In this document: positions 53,801-64,000 of the stretch, piece after piece | Numbering within the stretch: the stretch's first letter is position 1 | How the letters are laid out: the number at the start of each line of letters is the position of its first letter | Origin: a virus | Lineage: Duplodnaviria > Caudoviricetes | Strand: one strand, 5' to 3' | Virus record (IMG/VR): IMGVR_UViG_3300035497_000412 | DNA length: 64,000 nucleotides | Translations under genes and position numbers: made by a program | The notes under the pieces: model-generated | Told to the model about the DNA's origin: nothing | What the model saw: only the letters and a program-made list of their open reading frames with translations | The model's database searches: none

Positions 53801-56755
53801 ACTCAGGTATGGTAACAAGATAAAAGATTGGGTAATCCTGAGACATAGCCCTAAGTCTTTAAGGATAAGGGAAGGTCGCAACGACTACCAAGGAGAGCCG
53901 AGAAACGGTTATGGTATAGTCTATTCCCCTAGTTAAATATCGGGAAACCGAGGGTATAAAAGGTTGACTTTGATATCGAAGGAGGCAGACGTCCGCAAGT
54001 TTTGGCGAAGTTCCGAGAAGTGTATGGTGAAGATAGAGTAGCTAACGTTATTACTTTTGGAACAGAAAAATCTAAATCAGCCATTTTAACTGCGGCTAGA
54101 GGTTTAAATATTGAACACGATGATGCACAATATTTAGCTTCTTTAATTCCAGCAGATAGAGGTATTACAAGAACTCTTAAACAATGTTATTATGGAGATC
54201 AAGAAAGCGGATTTGCTCCAATAGCTCAGTTTGTAAAAGAAATGGATAATTATCCCGAGTTATGGGAAGTTGCTCAAAAAATCGAAGGTCTGGTTTGTCG
54301 ATCTGGAATTCATGCAGGCGGTGTTATTTTTGTTGATGAATCTTTTACTAATTCAACTGGATTAATGCGCGCGCCAGATGGTACTATTGTAACAGCATAT
54401 GACCTTCATGATTCAGAAGATGTGAGTCAGCGAAAGCTAAGGCTCCTAAATACCTAATCACTTATCAGTGATGTTATATAGGCTCTTAGAAATAAGGTAA
54501 GTAAAAAATACCTATATAGCACCGGGGAAACCTAAGTAATAAAAAATTATATGGCGATCCCGGACTAAATTGGGTATTACCCATAAATGTCTATCGACTA
54601 TCCCCCAGAAGGGGAGTAAGGTTACTATTGATACGTAATCTGAAACGGTATTCTCTCAAAAAGAGTAAGAGATAGTCAGTACCATTGGAAACAATGGAAT
54701 AATACGCTAATTAAATACGATGCACTTTCTGTTGAAGCAGAAGATAAAATTCATTTATGCTTAGACCTGTTATGCAATGCTGGATATATTGAGCGTAAAC
54801 CTACTTTAAAAGAAACATATGAAAACGCTTTGAATATTTATTCTCTTGAAAGAGATGACCCTAAAATGTGGGAAATGACATGGAAACATGAGATTCTTTC
54901 TTTGTTCCAAATGGAGAAGCAAAGTGGTATTCAAGGCATTGCATTAACAAAACCTAAAAGTGTTGAAGATTTAGCCCACCTTAACTCTGTAATTCGTCTA
55001 ATGGCTCAAGAAAAGGGTGGCGAACAGCCTCTTCAAAAATTTGCTAGATTTAAACAAAATATTAATCTTTGGTATAAAGAAATGAATAGATATGGCTTAA
55101 CTAAAGCAGAGCAAGAATTATTAAAGCCATATCTCAGTAGTTCTTATGGTATTTGTGAAGCGCAGGAAACTTTTATGATGCTTGTTCAGATTCCTGAGTG
55201 CGGCGGGTTTGATCTAAACTGGGCCGATCGGCTCCGCAAGAGCATCGCAAAGAAGAATCCTGCGGAGTTTGATCAATTGACAAAAGAATATTTCGTTAGA
55301 GCCAATGAAAAAAATTTAAGTAAAAATTTATGTAATTATGTGTGGAATGTTCTAGTGTCTACTAGTCGCGGGTATGGATTTAATCTATCTCATACATTAG
55401 CATATTCTCTAGTAGCTCTTCAGGAAATGAATTTAGCTTATAAATATCCTACCATTTATTGGAATTGTGCTTGTCTTATTAATGATAGTGGTAGTATTGA
55501 ATATGATAAAGATGTAGATGCAGAAGACCAAAATACCAATTATGACAAAATTGCCCAAGCTATTGGTAAAATGCGTGAAGCTGGAGTTAAAATTAGCCTT
55601 GTAGATATAAACAAATCAAGTTATACTTTTATTCCAGATGAAAAGAATAATCAAATTCTTTATGGAATGAAAGGTCTTGTAAATGTTAGCGATGATTTAG
55701 TAGAACAAATTATTGCAAACCGTCCTTATACTTCTATTAAAGACTTTTACTATAAAGTAAAGCCCAAAAAACAGTCAATGATTTCATTGATTAAAAGTGG
55801 TGCTTTTGATACAATGGAAGACAGAAAATTTGCGATGGCCTGGTTTATTTGGGAAACGTGTGATAAAAAGAGTAGACTTACTCTCCAAAATATGCCAGGA
55901 TTAATTAAATATAACCTCCTGCCGCAAGATACTAATGAGCAAGTTATGGCTCGTAGAGTATATGAATTTAACAGATATTTAAAAGCAGTTTGTAAAAATT
56001 CTAGAGATACAGAAAATTATATTCTAACAGATAGAGCCATTAATTTCCTTGATGAATTAGAAATAGATTATAATGCTGATAGAACTTTATCTATTAAAAA
56101 ATGGGATAAGCATTATCAAAAATGGATGGATATTTTTAGAAATTGGATTACTGCTGATAAAGAAAATATCCTAAAATCTTTGAATCAAATCATTTTTATG
56201 GAAGAGTGGAATAAATACGCTAAAGGTAATATTTCAGCTTGGGAAATGCAAGCAATGTGTTTCTATTATCATGAACACGAACTGGCGCATTTAAACACAT
56301 CAAAATATGGGATTGTAGATTTCAATAAGCTTCCAGAAGAGCCAATTATTGAAAAGTCTTTCTCAAGAGGCGGAAAAACAATTAATATGTTTAAGCTATT
56401 TAAAATTTGCGGCACTTGCATTGCGAAAAATAAGGCAAAAGCTACTGTTACGTTACTTACTACTTCTGGAGTCGTAGAAGTTAAGTTCCGTAAAGAGTAC
56501 TTTAGTTTATTTGATAAGCAAATTTCCATAAAGAATGATGATGGAACTAAAACTATAGTCGAGCGCAGTTGGTTTAATCGAGGAAGTATGATTGTTGTCC
56601 AAGGTATCCGCTCTGGTGATAACTTTATTGTAAAAAAATATGCTTCTTCTGTTGGGCATCAACTTTATAAAATTCTTGAAGTTATTAATGGAACTGACCT
56701 AAAATTAACTAGTGAAAGATTCCAAGGGGGTGAAGAATCTGAAGACGAAGAATAA
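50855..56755 (+). CDS. dnaE: DNA polymerase III alpha subunit (3 group I introns plus an 11-nt insertion at 50894-50904)
   Basis: HNH|TQYS, AITDH, TDSHY, GRGSGVG|F, RFLN..R..LD|VDFD, HAGG, S|LIKYDAL, YGFNLSH. Confidence 0.9.
52124..53555 (+). mobile_element. group I intron 1 of dnaE, carrying a GIY-YIG homing endonuclease
   Basis: GCTAACGG/ATACCGTG, GTAGAGACTA and GAGATAGTCC; removal restores the frame. Confidence 0.9.
52369..53439 (+). CDS. GIY-YIG homing endonuclease with NUMOD3 repeats
   Basis: FIYKATN...YIGKT, GYNLTPGG, repeated SEETK.K(I/M)S. Confidence 0.9.
   Translation: MGFIYKATNNINKKVYIGKTTRTLKDRKKEHISHAKSEDYYFHNALRKYGAENFTWEIIEEVELDKINERECYWIEYYKSYKDKSKGYNLTPGGEGFKLSEETKRKISAANAGKVRTPEMRQHLSEVKKALHFRHTEETKKKMSAARRGRKLSPETIEKLKQIERTSEWREKISKALKGRTYSEETKIKMSEAAKDHFTFYTSNDLIFHTWGEIFRYLKDNNLITTDDIAVCRNCIRPAIDNLELVRYGMKWKTSIFTEEEKIIAPRKCSEKTKKKIGAANSNKNEIVMMIRFDGDKQEFASRREAYDYCIKQKYIPNTQVYSKFSSKIGEASKTGNKFKGMNWIIKQKDVETIEK
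53663..53962 (+). mobile_element. group I intron 2 of dnaE (no ORF), in the catalytic Asp motif
   Basis: AATATCAGGGAA/AATCCTGAG, CAACGACTAC and GTATAGTC; removal restores the frame. Confidence 0.9.
54428..54706 (+). mobile_element. group I intron 3 of dnaE (no ORF)
   Basis: CCGGGGAAA/ATCCCGG, TATCGACTA and GAGATAGTC; removal restores the frame. Confidence 0.9.
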
Positions 56756-57290
56756 ATATTCTATTATTGCTTTAATTGGTAAATCGGCTTCTGGTAAAGA
56801 TTCCCTTTTGCACCAGATAGTTGCAGAAAATCCAAATTTAAACAAAATCGTAAATTACACGTCTCGTCCTCAAAGAGAGGGCGAAATAGATGGTGTAGAC
56901 TATCGTTTTGTCAACAAGTCAGAAATTTATGACCTTATTTTTGGACATCGAATGCTGTTATATACTTGGTTTAATCATTGGTTTTACGGAACTCCAATTA
57001 GTACCTTGTCAAGGGATAAGATCAATATTGGAATTTTTAATCCTGCTGGAATCCAAGAATTGTATGAAGATGAAGATGTAGATTTGCAAGTTTATTATAT
57101 TACAGCTTCTGATAAAACTCGTCTATTGCGGCAGCTCGATAGAGAGGAAAATCCAGACATAAAAGAAATTATCCGACGTTGGCAAACCGATGATGAAGAT
57201 TTTGCGGACTTACCTTTTGAATATACAGAAATTTCTAATGATGGGACTATAGAAGAAGCTTTGACGCAACTACGGGACAAAATGTTGTAA
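56712..57290 (+). CDS. gmk: guanylate kinase
   Basis: GKSASGKD, TSRPQREGE.DGVDY.FV, YGT. Confidence 0.85.
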   Translation: MKDSKGVKNLKTKNKYSIIALIGKSASGKDSLLHQIVAENPNLNKIVNYTSRPQREGEIDGVDYRFVNKSEIYDLIFGHRMLLYTWFNHWFYGTPISTLSRDKINIGIFNPAGIQELYEDEDVDLQVYYITASDKTRLLRQLDREENPDIKEIIRRWQTDDEDFADLPFEYTEISNDGTIEEALTQLRDKML

Positions 57291-57370
57291 TTAACCTATA
57301 AGAAATACTAAATATAGTAGAATGGCCTAAAAACCATTCTACTATATTACAAAATGGAGGATAAGTTTAT

Positions 57371-60300
57371 ATGCTTGAAGTTATTAAACGAGATGGTTCT
57401 ACTGTCCTATTTGATAAAGAAAAAATTATAAACGCAATTAATAAAGCCTTTATCGAAGTGGATAATGAGCTATATGAAACAGATACCGCAGAAGATATTG
57501 CTTCAGAAATTGAAGTCGAAATTACTAAAAGCCCCATCAAGGTATCAGTTGAAACAATTCAAGACTGGATTGAAGAATCTTTAATGGAATCTGAGCGAAA
57601 AGATGTCGCTAGAGCTTATGTTAGATATAGATACAAGAAGGAAAAAGAGCGAGCTTTACAGGCCGATTTGGATTATCGTTTTAATAAATTTAGTGCTCTT
57701 ATCGCCGGAAAAGACGAAGAATCAAAAAAAGAGAATAGCAATAAAGACACTCGTATTATTCCTACGATGAGAGACTATATTGCAGGTTTTTCATGTAGAG
57801 ATATTGCTAAAAATTATTTTCCTAAAGAGATCTGGGAGGCTCATGAAAATGGGCTTATTCACATTCATGATACTGATTATAGTCCAGCAATGCCTATGTA
57901 TAATTGTAGTTTAATTAATCTTGAAGATATGCTACAAAATGGTACTGTAATTAGTAAGACTAAAATCGAAAAGCCTAAATCTTTTAGAACCGCCTGTACT
58001 GTTGCAACTCAAATTATTACACAAGTAGCATCATGTTAGTACGGCGGTAATACCATAAATCTTGCTCATTTGGCTCCGTTTGTTGATGTTTCTCGTCAAA
58101 AAATACATGAGCAAGTAAAACAAGAGCTTGAGTCTATTGTAACATATCCAAATGAAGTGATAGATAAAATCATTGAACAACGAGTTCTTGAAGAAATTAA
58201 AGATGGTATTCAGACTATTCAATATCAACTTATTACTATGAGCACAACTAATGGTCAAGCCCCATTTACTTCAATTTTTATGTGGATTGATCCTGATTAT
58301 GATGAAAATTTTCAACATGATTTAGCTTTAGTAATTGAAGAAGTTTTAAAGCAACGTATTGAAGGAGTAAAAAATGAACAAGGGGTTCCTGTTACTACAG
58401 CCTTTCCAAAGCTCCTTTATGTACTTGATGAAAATAATACTCATGAAAATAGTAAATATTGGTATCTCACTGAGCTTGCGGCTGAGTGTAGTGCCAAGCG
58501 TCTAGTACCAGATTATATTTCAGCAAAAAAAATGAGAGAACTTAAAAATGGAAATGTCTTTGGTTGCATGGGATGTAGATCATTCTTGCAAGATTATATA
58601 GATCCAGATACTGGAAAGCATAAATTTTGGGGTCGGTTGACTGCTTAAAGGTTAAGCCGACATTAAATTGCGTGAACTCATGACAAAGAGGTGTCTAACT
58701 TTTAGTTAGGCTAACGGTGAAAGCCGAAAGGACAATACCGTGCCAAGCCTTAAATAGGAAGGTGTAACGACTATGGGCGATGAATGTAACCCAGTAGAGC
58801 AGAGTTTGTCACTGTTCGAAGCGCGCAACTATTCTTAAATTGAGAATAGAAGAGATAGTCTAATTTTTGTTAACCAAGGCGTCTGCACATTAAATCTCGT
58901 GGATGTAGCACTTTCTTCTCAGGGCAATATGGAAAAGTTCTGGGAAATTCTAGATGAGCGTTTACAGATGTGTTATGATGTATTAATGATTCGTCATAAT
59001 GCTCTTAAAGGAACAAAATCTGATGTAGCGCCTATTCTGTGGCAACATGGTGCGATTGCGAGATTAAAGCCAGGAGAAACAATTGATTCTTTACTTTATA
59101 ATAATTATAGTTCTATTTCTCTTGGATACGCTGGGCTTTATGAATGTATTCATTACATGACTAATAGTTCTCAGTTAGAGCCAGAAGGCAAAGATTTTGG
59201 TTTAAAGGTCATGCAGACTCTTAAAAATGCTACCGATGAATGGGCAGCAAAAACCAATATAGGGTTTTCACTTTATGGTTCTCCTAAAATTAAAAACGTA
59301 GATTCTATGGGAGCTTATACAGTAATGTATAATGAAAAAACTGCTTAAAACGGGGAAGGATAAATTCTAATCCCGTGCTAAATTGCTATTATTCATAAAA
59401 AAAATAAAAAAGAGGTGAGAAAAACTGTCTATTTATTTAAAAGAATTGCCAAAAGATGCTAAAAAAATTAAAGGAACTTTAAATTGGTGCACACCAGATG
59501 GTATTATATATGGTCAAGATACTAGAATGGTACCAAATCGTTGGCGTCCAGATATGAAAACTCCAACAAAACATTATATGGAATATTTTAAAAATGCCAC
59601 CACAAAGAACCAAGGGTATATTTATGTTACTTTAAAATATATTAATCCTGATGGGACTTATACAAAAAAAACAAGGCGCGCGCATATCGTTATCGCAGAA
59701 ACTTTTCTTGATAATCCAAATAATTTGCCTGTTGTAGGACATAAAAATAATATAAAAACAGATAATAGATTAGAAAATCTTTATTGGACTACTTATCAAG
59801 AAAATACTAAAAAAGCAGTGGCAGATGGATTATTAGTAAACGATAAAGGTTATGATGATAGTCAATCTAAACCTGTTATTATGTATGACACTTACACTAA
59901 TAAAGAACTTGGAAGATATGGATCTATCTCAGAAGCTGCGAGAATTACTGGGTATTCTATAGCAACGATTGGACGTCAAGCTAAGTATAAACGTCCAGTG
60001 CGCAAACCCTGGTATTTTAGATATCAAGATGAATTTGAATAATAGCATAAATGTGTAGAGACTATCGAACGGTGATAAGCCTAGTAGAGTAGCGAAAGCG
60101 AAAGAGCAGTTTCCTTTGAGAAAAAGGATAAAAAGATAGTCCAAAACGATAAATGATAGAATCAACTACTTATAAATTTGCAGCTTGCTTAAAGAAGAAA
60201 TTTGGTATTATTCCTGGCGTAACTGATAAAAACTACATTACCAATAGTTACCATTAATTGATAGTGGCTTAATATAATAACATATTAAGAAAAACTTTGT

Positions 60301-61754
60301 GAACCATAATAATTATGGGTGTCTAATTAATAAATTAGGCTAACGGTTTAGAAGATAGTAATATCATTATAAGTAAGAGAGTCTAAATCCTTTTTTAAGG
60401 ACAAGATAATACCGTGCCAAGTATTTTTTTACTTTTTATCAAAAATAATATAAAATATAAATAAGGGGGGTGAAAAAATGAGCAAACAAAGAAATACTGG
60501 ATTTACTATAGAAGAAAATGCTCTTTATGGAGATTTTAAATGCATTGGTACAATTCAAGATAATGGCTTTAGATATATTATGGAATGTCAAAAATGTGGT
60601 AAAATAAAACATATGCTAAAAAGCACAATACGATTAAATAAAGGCCTAAATCATAAAAGCTGTGGAAAAGGCCTTGGTATTAGTTATGATAAAGATTTCT
60701 ATAATAGATGGCAAGCTATGAGAGCAAGAACTTCAATAAAATCTATTCATAGGGAAAATTACTACGATAGAGGAATTAACAGTAATGCCTTTGAAAGTTT
60801 TATTGATTTTTATAATGCTTTATATCCTTCGTGGGTAGAACATAAAATTCGCTTTGGAGCAAATGATACTTCTTTAGATAGAATAGATGTTGATAAATCT
60901 TACACTCCAGAGAATTGTCAATGGGTATGCTTAGACGAGTAGAAAGGTAATATGCAAAAAACATTGTATTTTACAGTAAAAGATTTAGCAACTGGTGAAA
61001 TAAAATATTGCAAAAATGCTCATAAATATGCACTTGAAAATAAATTGCCTTATTACATACAAGAAGTTATAAATAAAAATGGTATATATAAAAATAAGCA
61101 ATACACTAGAATAACTAAAGAAGATTATGCAAATTTTAATTTAGTAAATCATGTTTTTGATAAGTAAAAAAGATAAAGGTGTAACGACTACCGAAAGTAT
61201 AATATAAAAGAAACTTTTATATGAATAAACAAGTAGGGTACATTATAAGTGAAAATCTTATAGTGGAAGCGCAAAGGTTCTATGTTTTGGTTATAGAAAT
61301 ATAGAATATGAGATAGTCTATTCCCCTAATAAATATCGGGAAACCGAGGGTATAAAAGATTCACGTCACTGAACCGATCGATGCTTTCAATAAAATTTCT
61401 TTGGAATCTGAGTTCCAGGCTCTAAGTCCTGGTGGAGCAATTACTTATGTAGAAGTACCCAATTTAAATAAAAATATTCCTGCTGTTTTAGAGGTTATTA
61501 AATACATTTATGACCATATTATTTATGCAGAATTAAATACAAAATCTGATTATTGTCAAGAGTGCGGATTTGATGGTGAAATTCAGATTGTAGAAGATGA
61601 AGAGACTCATAAGTTAGTTTGGGAATGTCCGCAATGTGGCAATCGTAATCAAGACAAGATGAATGTCGCACGCCGGACTTGTGGATATATAGGGTCAAAC
61701 TTTTGGAATCAAGGAAGAACCCAAGAAATAAAAGAAAGAGTTTTACATTTATAA
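57371..61754 (+). CDS. nrdD: anaerobic ribonucleoside-triphosphate reductase (TAG=Gln at 58037; 3 introns)
   Basis: ATP cone; ENSNK, HIHD, AS.*YGG, MGCRS, GR|FNQG, YGSP|IES, NSYH|IHV, RRTCGYIG. Confidence 0.92.
58638..58869 (+). mobile_element. group I intron 1 of nrdD (no ORF)
   Basis: GCTAACGGTG/ATACCGTG, GTAACGACTA and GAGATAGTC. Confidence 0.9.
59286..60155 (+). mobile_element. group I intron 2 of nrdD, carrying an HNH endonuclease
   Basis: AAACGGGGAA/AATCCCGTG, GTAGAGACTA and AAGATAGTCC. Confidence 0.9.
59425..60042 (+). CDS. HNH homing endonuclease with NUMOD1-like tail (probable CTG start)
   Basis: HIVIAETF..NP.NLP.V.HKN.IKTDNRLENL.W...EN; SISEAAR. Confidence 0.85.
   Translation: MSIYLKELPKDAKKIKGTLNWCTPDGIIYGQDTRMVPNRWRPDMKTPTKHYMEYFKNATTKNQGYIYVTLKYINPDGTYTKKTRRAHIVIAETFLDNPNNLPVVGHKNNIKTDNRLENLYWTTYQENTKKAVADGLLVNDKGYDDSQSKPVIMYDTYTNKELGRYGSISEAARITGYSIATIGRQAKYKRPVRKPWYFRYQDEFE
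60255..61358 (+). mobile_element. group I intron 3 of nrdD, carrying an HNH-like endonuclease
   Basis: GCTAACGG/AACCGTG, GTAACGACTA and GAGATAGTC; 3' end nearly identical to dnaE intron 2. Confidence 0.9.
60478..61167 (+). CDS. HNH-like homing endonuclease (TAG=Gln at 60940)
   Basis: W.AM..R, NYYDRGI, SLDRID.D..Y.PENC.W...E*..N. Confidence 0.8.
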
Positions 61755-61827
61755 TCTTTATAGGGCTGTAGCTAATTTGTTGTTAACTACAGCCCTAATA
61801 AAACTTTAAAAACGGAGAGAAATTCAT

Positions 61828-62316
61828 ATGCAATATGCAGAATTAAAACTTAATGATGTTGCAAACGCTCCAGGAGTAGCAGTATCTTTTTATACTCAAG
61901 GTTGTCCTCATTGCTGTCCTGGATGCTTTAATCCAGGTACCTGGGATTTTGATGGCGGAAAAGAATTTACTACTGAAACGTTAAATACTATTATTAAAGG
62001 TTTAACTGCAAATGGTATTAAACGTTCTCTATGTATTTTAGGCGGAGAGCCTTTATGTGAGGATAACGCCTTTTTAACAGATTTAATAATTACAACTGTC
62101 CGCAAAGAATTACCAGATACAAAGATTTATGTCTGGACAGGATATCTATATGAAGAAGTTCAACAAAATCCTAATTCTCACATAAAAAATATTTTAAATA
62201 ATATTGATTGTCTCATTGATGGTCCATTTATTGAAGCTGAAAAAGATTTATCTCTAACAATGAGAGGCAGCCGCAATCAAAGAGTAATTTATTTTGACAA
62301 AGAATTAAATATATGA
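61828..62316 (+). CDS. nrdG: anaerobic RNR activating radical-SAM protein
   Basis: GCPHCCPGCFN, LGGEP, WTGY, DG.F, RGS.NQR. Confidence 0.92.
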   Translation: MQYAELKLNDVANAPGVAVSFYTQGCPHCCPGCFNPGTWDFDGGKEFTTETLNTIIKGLTANGIKRSLCILGGEPLCEDNAFLTDLIITTVRKELPDTKIYVWTGYLYEEVQQNPNSHIKNILNNIDCLIDGPFIEAEKDLSLTMRGSRNQRVIYFDKELNI

Positions 62317-62352
62317 TATAATAAATATATAAATAAAAAAGGAGAATATTTA

Positions 62353-62883
62353 ATGGAAAATGTTGCTTCATTTGATTAGCTTCGAATGCTGACTAAGATA
62401 AAAAGAAATACTTATCAGCCTGGTGAAATTGTTCACATCAATGATACAGATACATACGTAGTGTTTAATGGAACAACTTGGGAGTATGTATCTAAGTCTG
62501 ATATTAATACTAATGCGGGACTATCAATGACTATGTATGATTTAAATAAAAGTATTGTTAGTCAACTTCCTTTATTAACTCTTGATTAGCTCCAAGAGGG
62601 AAGAGATGTAATTAATAACCTGCAAGGAGAGCATTTTATGCTCTTGTGCAAAGATATTTCTTACTTTACCATTTTCCAATACAACTGTTTAAATTTCAAT
62701 TATGAATTTAATGATTTGGGCGATGCCGCAATTACTTGCATCCAAGAGTCTATTGGAGACATCGTTAGTATTGATAAAAAAGAATCTGGCGAAATCGAAA
62801 TTTGGATAAAAACTAAAGAAGATTGTACTTATTGTGCGTATTTGTTTAATTGTGAACAAATGATTGTAAATTATGGAGGGTAA
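62353..62883 (+). CDS. hypothetical protein (2 TAG=Gln)
   Basis: Track ORFs 62386 and 62638 fuse in frame; AAGGAG RBS before 62353. Confidence 0.65.
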
Positions 62884-63405
62884 TATATGAATAAAATTAT
62901 TATTTGCCCATTTAACCTATTTGAATTAAAACAATCTATTTATATCGCAAAAGAAGATGGCTCAGGAATTAAGGCAGTAGCAACTGCGACAATGGATGAT
63001 TTGGGTGCGGCGATCGCTGAGACAAGTGCCTCTAACAATATTAGTTTTATTCGCTTAATTGGCCAAGAAGATTATGCTAATAATATTGCCAATGATATTA
63101 AGAAGTATAATATGCAATATTATGAAAATAGAGAATTAGAAATTGAGGTAAATTAAAAATATGAAATATTTGATTAATTCTGTTGATACTTATCGTGTAA
63201 ATACTGTTGAGGAAGTCGAGCGGCTCCATGAGGAGCTAAAAGCGGATAAACACTTCACTCTCGCAGCTTTTAGTTATAAGACTAAGCAGATTAAAAGCAA
63301 GGGCGAAATCATCGATGAGTTTCAACTTGTTACTGCTAAGAAGCTATTTAATGATGAGAAAGAGCCTGGAACTGAGATTGAAATTATGTATGAGGTGGAG
63401 TTTTA

Positions 63406-63903
63406 ATGGAAGAAATTGTAACTACAAGTTCTAGTCATAATGAAGAAATTTCAATGGAATATAAAGATAACAGTGAAATTAAATACACAAATCTACAAGA
63501 GGTTTATTATGAACCCTACATTGGTTCTACGTACGCCGCTGGAGCCGATCTGAAAGCCATTGAAAATTATACTATCTATCCAGGAGAGACAGTTAAAGTA
63601 AGCACTGGTATTGCTATTGAAATTCCTAATGGTTATTTTGGTGCTATTTTTGCGCGCAGTGGACTAGCAACGAAGAAAGGCTTGCGTCCTGCGAATTGTG
63701 TTGGGGTAATCGATTCGGATTACCGGGGCGAGATTATCGTTGCACTCCATAATGATTCCGATGAAAAGCAGGATGTTGAAGTTGGTGAACGAATTGCGCA
63801 GCTTGTTATTATGCCTTATCTACCTGTAACTTACAAATATACAGAATCCTTATCTGAAACAGAAAGAGGAGCCGCGGGTTTTGGCTCTACTGGAAGTAAG
63901 TAA
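63406..63903 (+). CDS. dut: trimeric dUTPase
   Basis: AGADL, RSGL, GVIDSDYRGE, RIAQL, RG..GFGSTG. Confidence 0.95.
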   Translation: MEEIVTTSSSHNEEISMEYKDNSEIKYTNLQEVYYEPYIGSTYAAGADLKAIENYTIYPGETVKVSTGIAIEIPNGYFGAIFARSGLATKKGLRPANCVGVIDSDYRGEIIVALHNDSDEKQDVEVGERIAQLVIMPYLPVTYKYTESLSETERGAAGFGSTGSK

Positions 63904-64000
63904 TGAGTCGTCTACTTGCTTTAGACTAGAGTAGTAAGACTTCAGGCTATGCTATTTTTATAGATGGCGTATTAAAAGATTATGGAAAATTTTCTTTTGA
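63903..64000 (+). CDS. RuvC-like resolvase, N-terminal part (TAG=Gln at codon 9)
   Basis: LLALD*SSKTSGYAIF matches RuvC-like motif I; truncated by the window edge. Confidence 0.65.

Noticed and set aside
43895-61358. Inteins or group II introns in dnaB, dnaE and nrdD
   Set aside because: Insertions contain stops, have group I P7 motifs and U/G boundaries, and show no reverse transcriptase or intein termini
10045-64000. TAG-interrupted genes as pseudogenes
   Set aside because: Breaks are consistently in-frame TAG, several at conserved Gln positions, with intact flanks
1-64000. CRISPR array, DGR or integrase
   Set aside because: No regularly spaced repeats, reverse transcriptase or integrase motifs seen; the recurrent AT-rich motif is a promoter

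Overview
AT-rich 64-kb segment of a large lytic phage, probably of gut Firmicutes (Clostridia-type sigmaA promoters, anaerobic RNR, SH3b endolysin). It uses a recoded genetic code: TAG is read as Gln (code 15), so many entries in the standard-code ORF track are gene fragments. Layout: early and unknown genes (0-7.9 kb); a tRNA/ncRNA island (7.9-14.0 kb); a DUF2828/TROVE-like vWA gene; a minus-strand block of virion-type genes; RNA-repair enzymes; phoH; lysis genes; then replication and nucleotide genes (gyrB/gyrA-like, ligA, thyX-like, SSB, Sak4-like, dnaB, primase, recJ-like, RecD-like helicase, dnaE, gmk, nrdD, nrdG, dut, ruvC-like). Ten group I introns can be placed exactly, three carrying homing endonucleases. 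The most unusual signals are in RNA processing and translation. (1) A tRNA-Lys(UUU) gene has a whole degenerate CCA-ending tRNA nested in its anticodon, a candidate tRNA-shaped intron. (2) The amber suppressor tRNA(CUA) forms only after group I splicing. (3) Three 7-11 nt insertions starting with a stop codon interrupt catalytic motifs of dnaE, a RecD-like helicase and a phosphoesterase (candidate translational bypassing). (4) A family of Y-RNA-like stems, one with a YrlA-type permuted tRNA module, accompanies the TROVE-like gene. (5) A theta-type ribozyme, a repeated pseudoknot motif and an ArfA-like peptide are also present. All calls are by-eye motif recognition; no searches were run.
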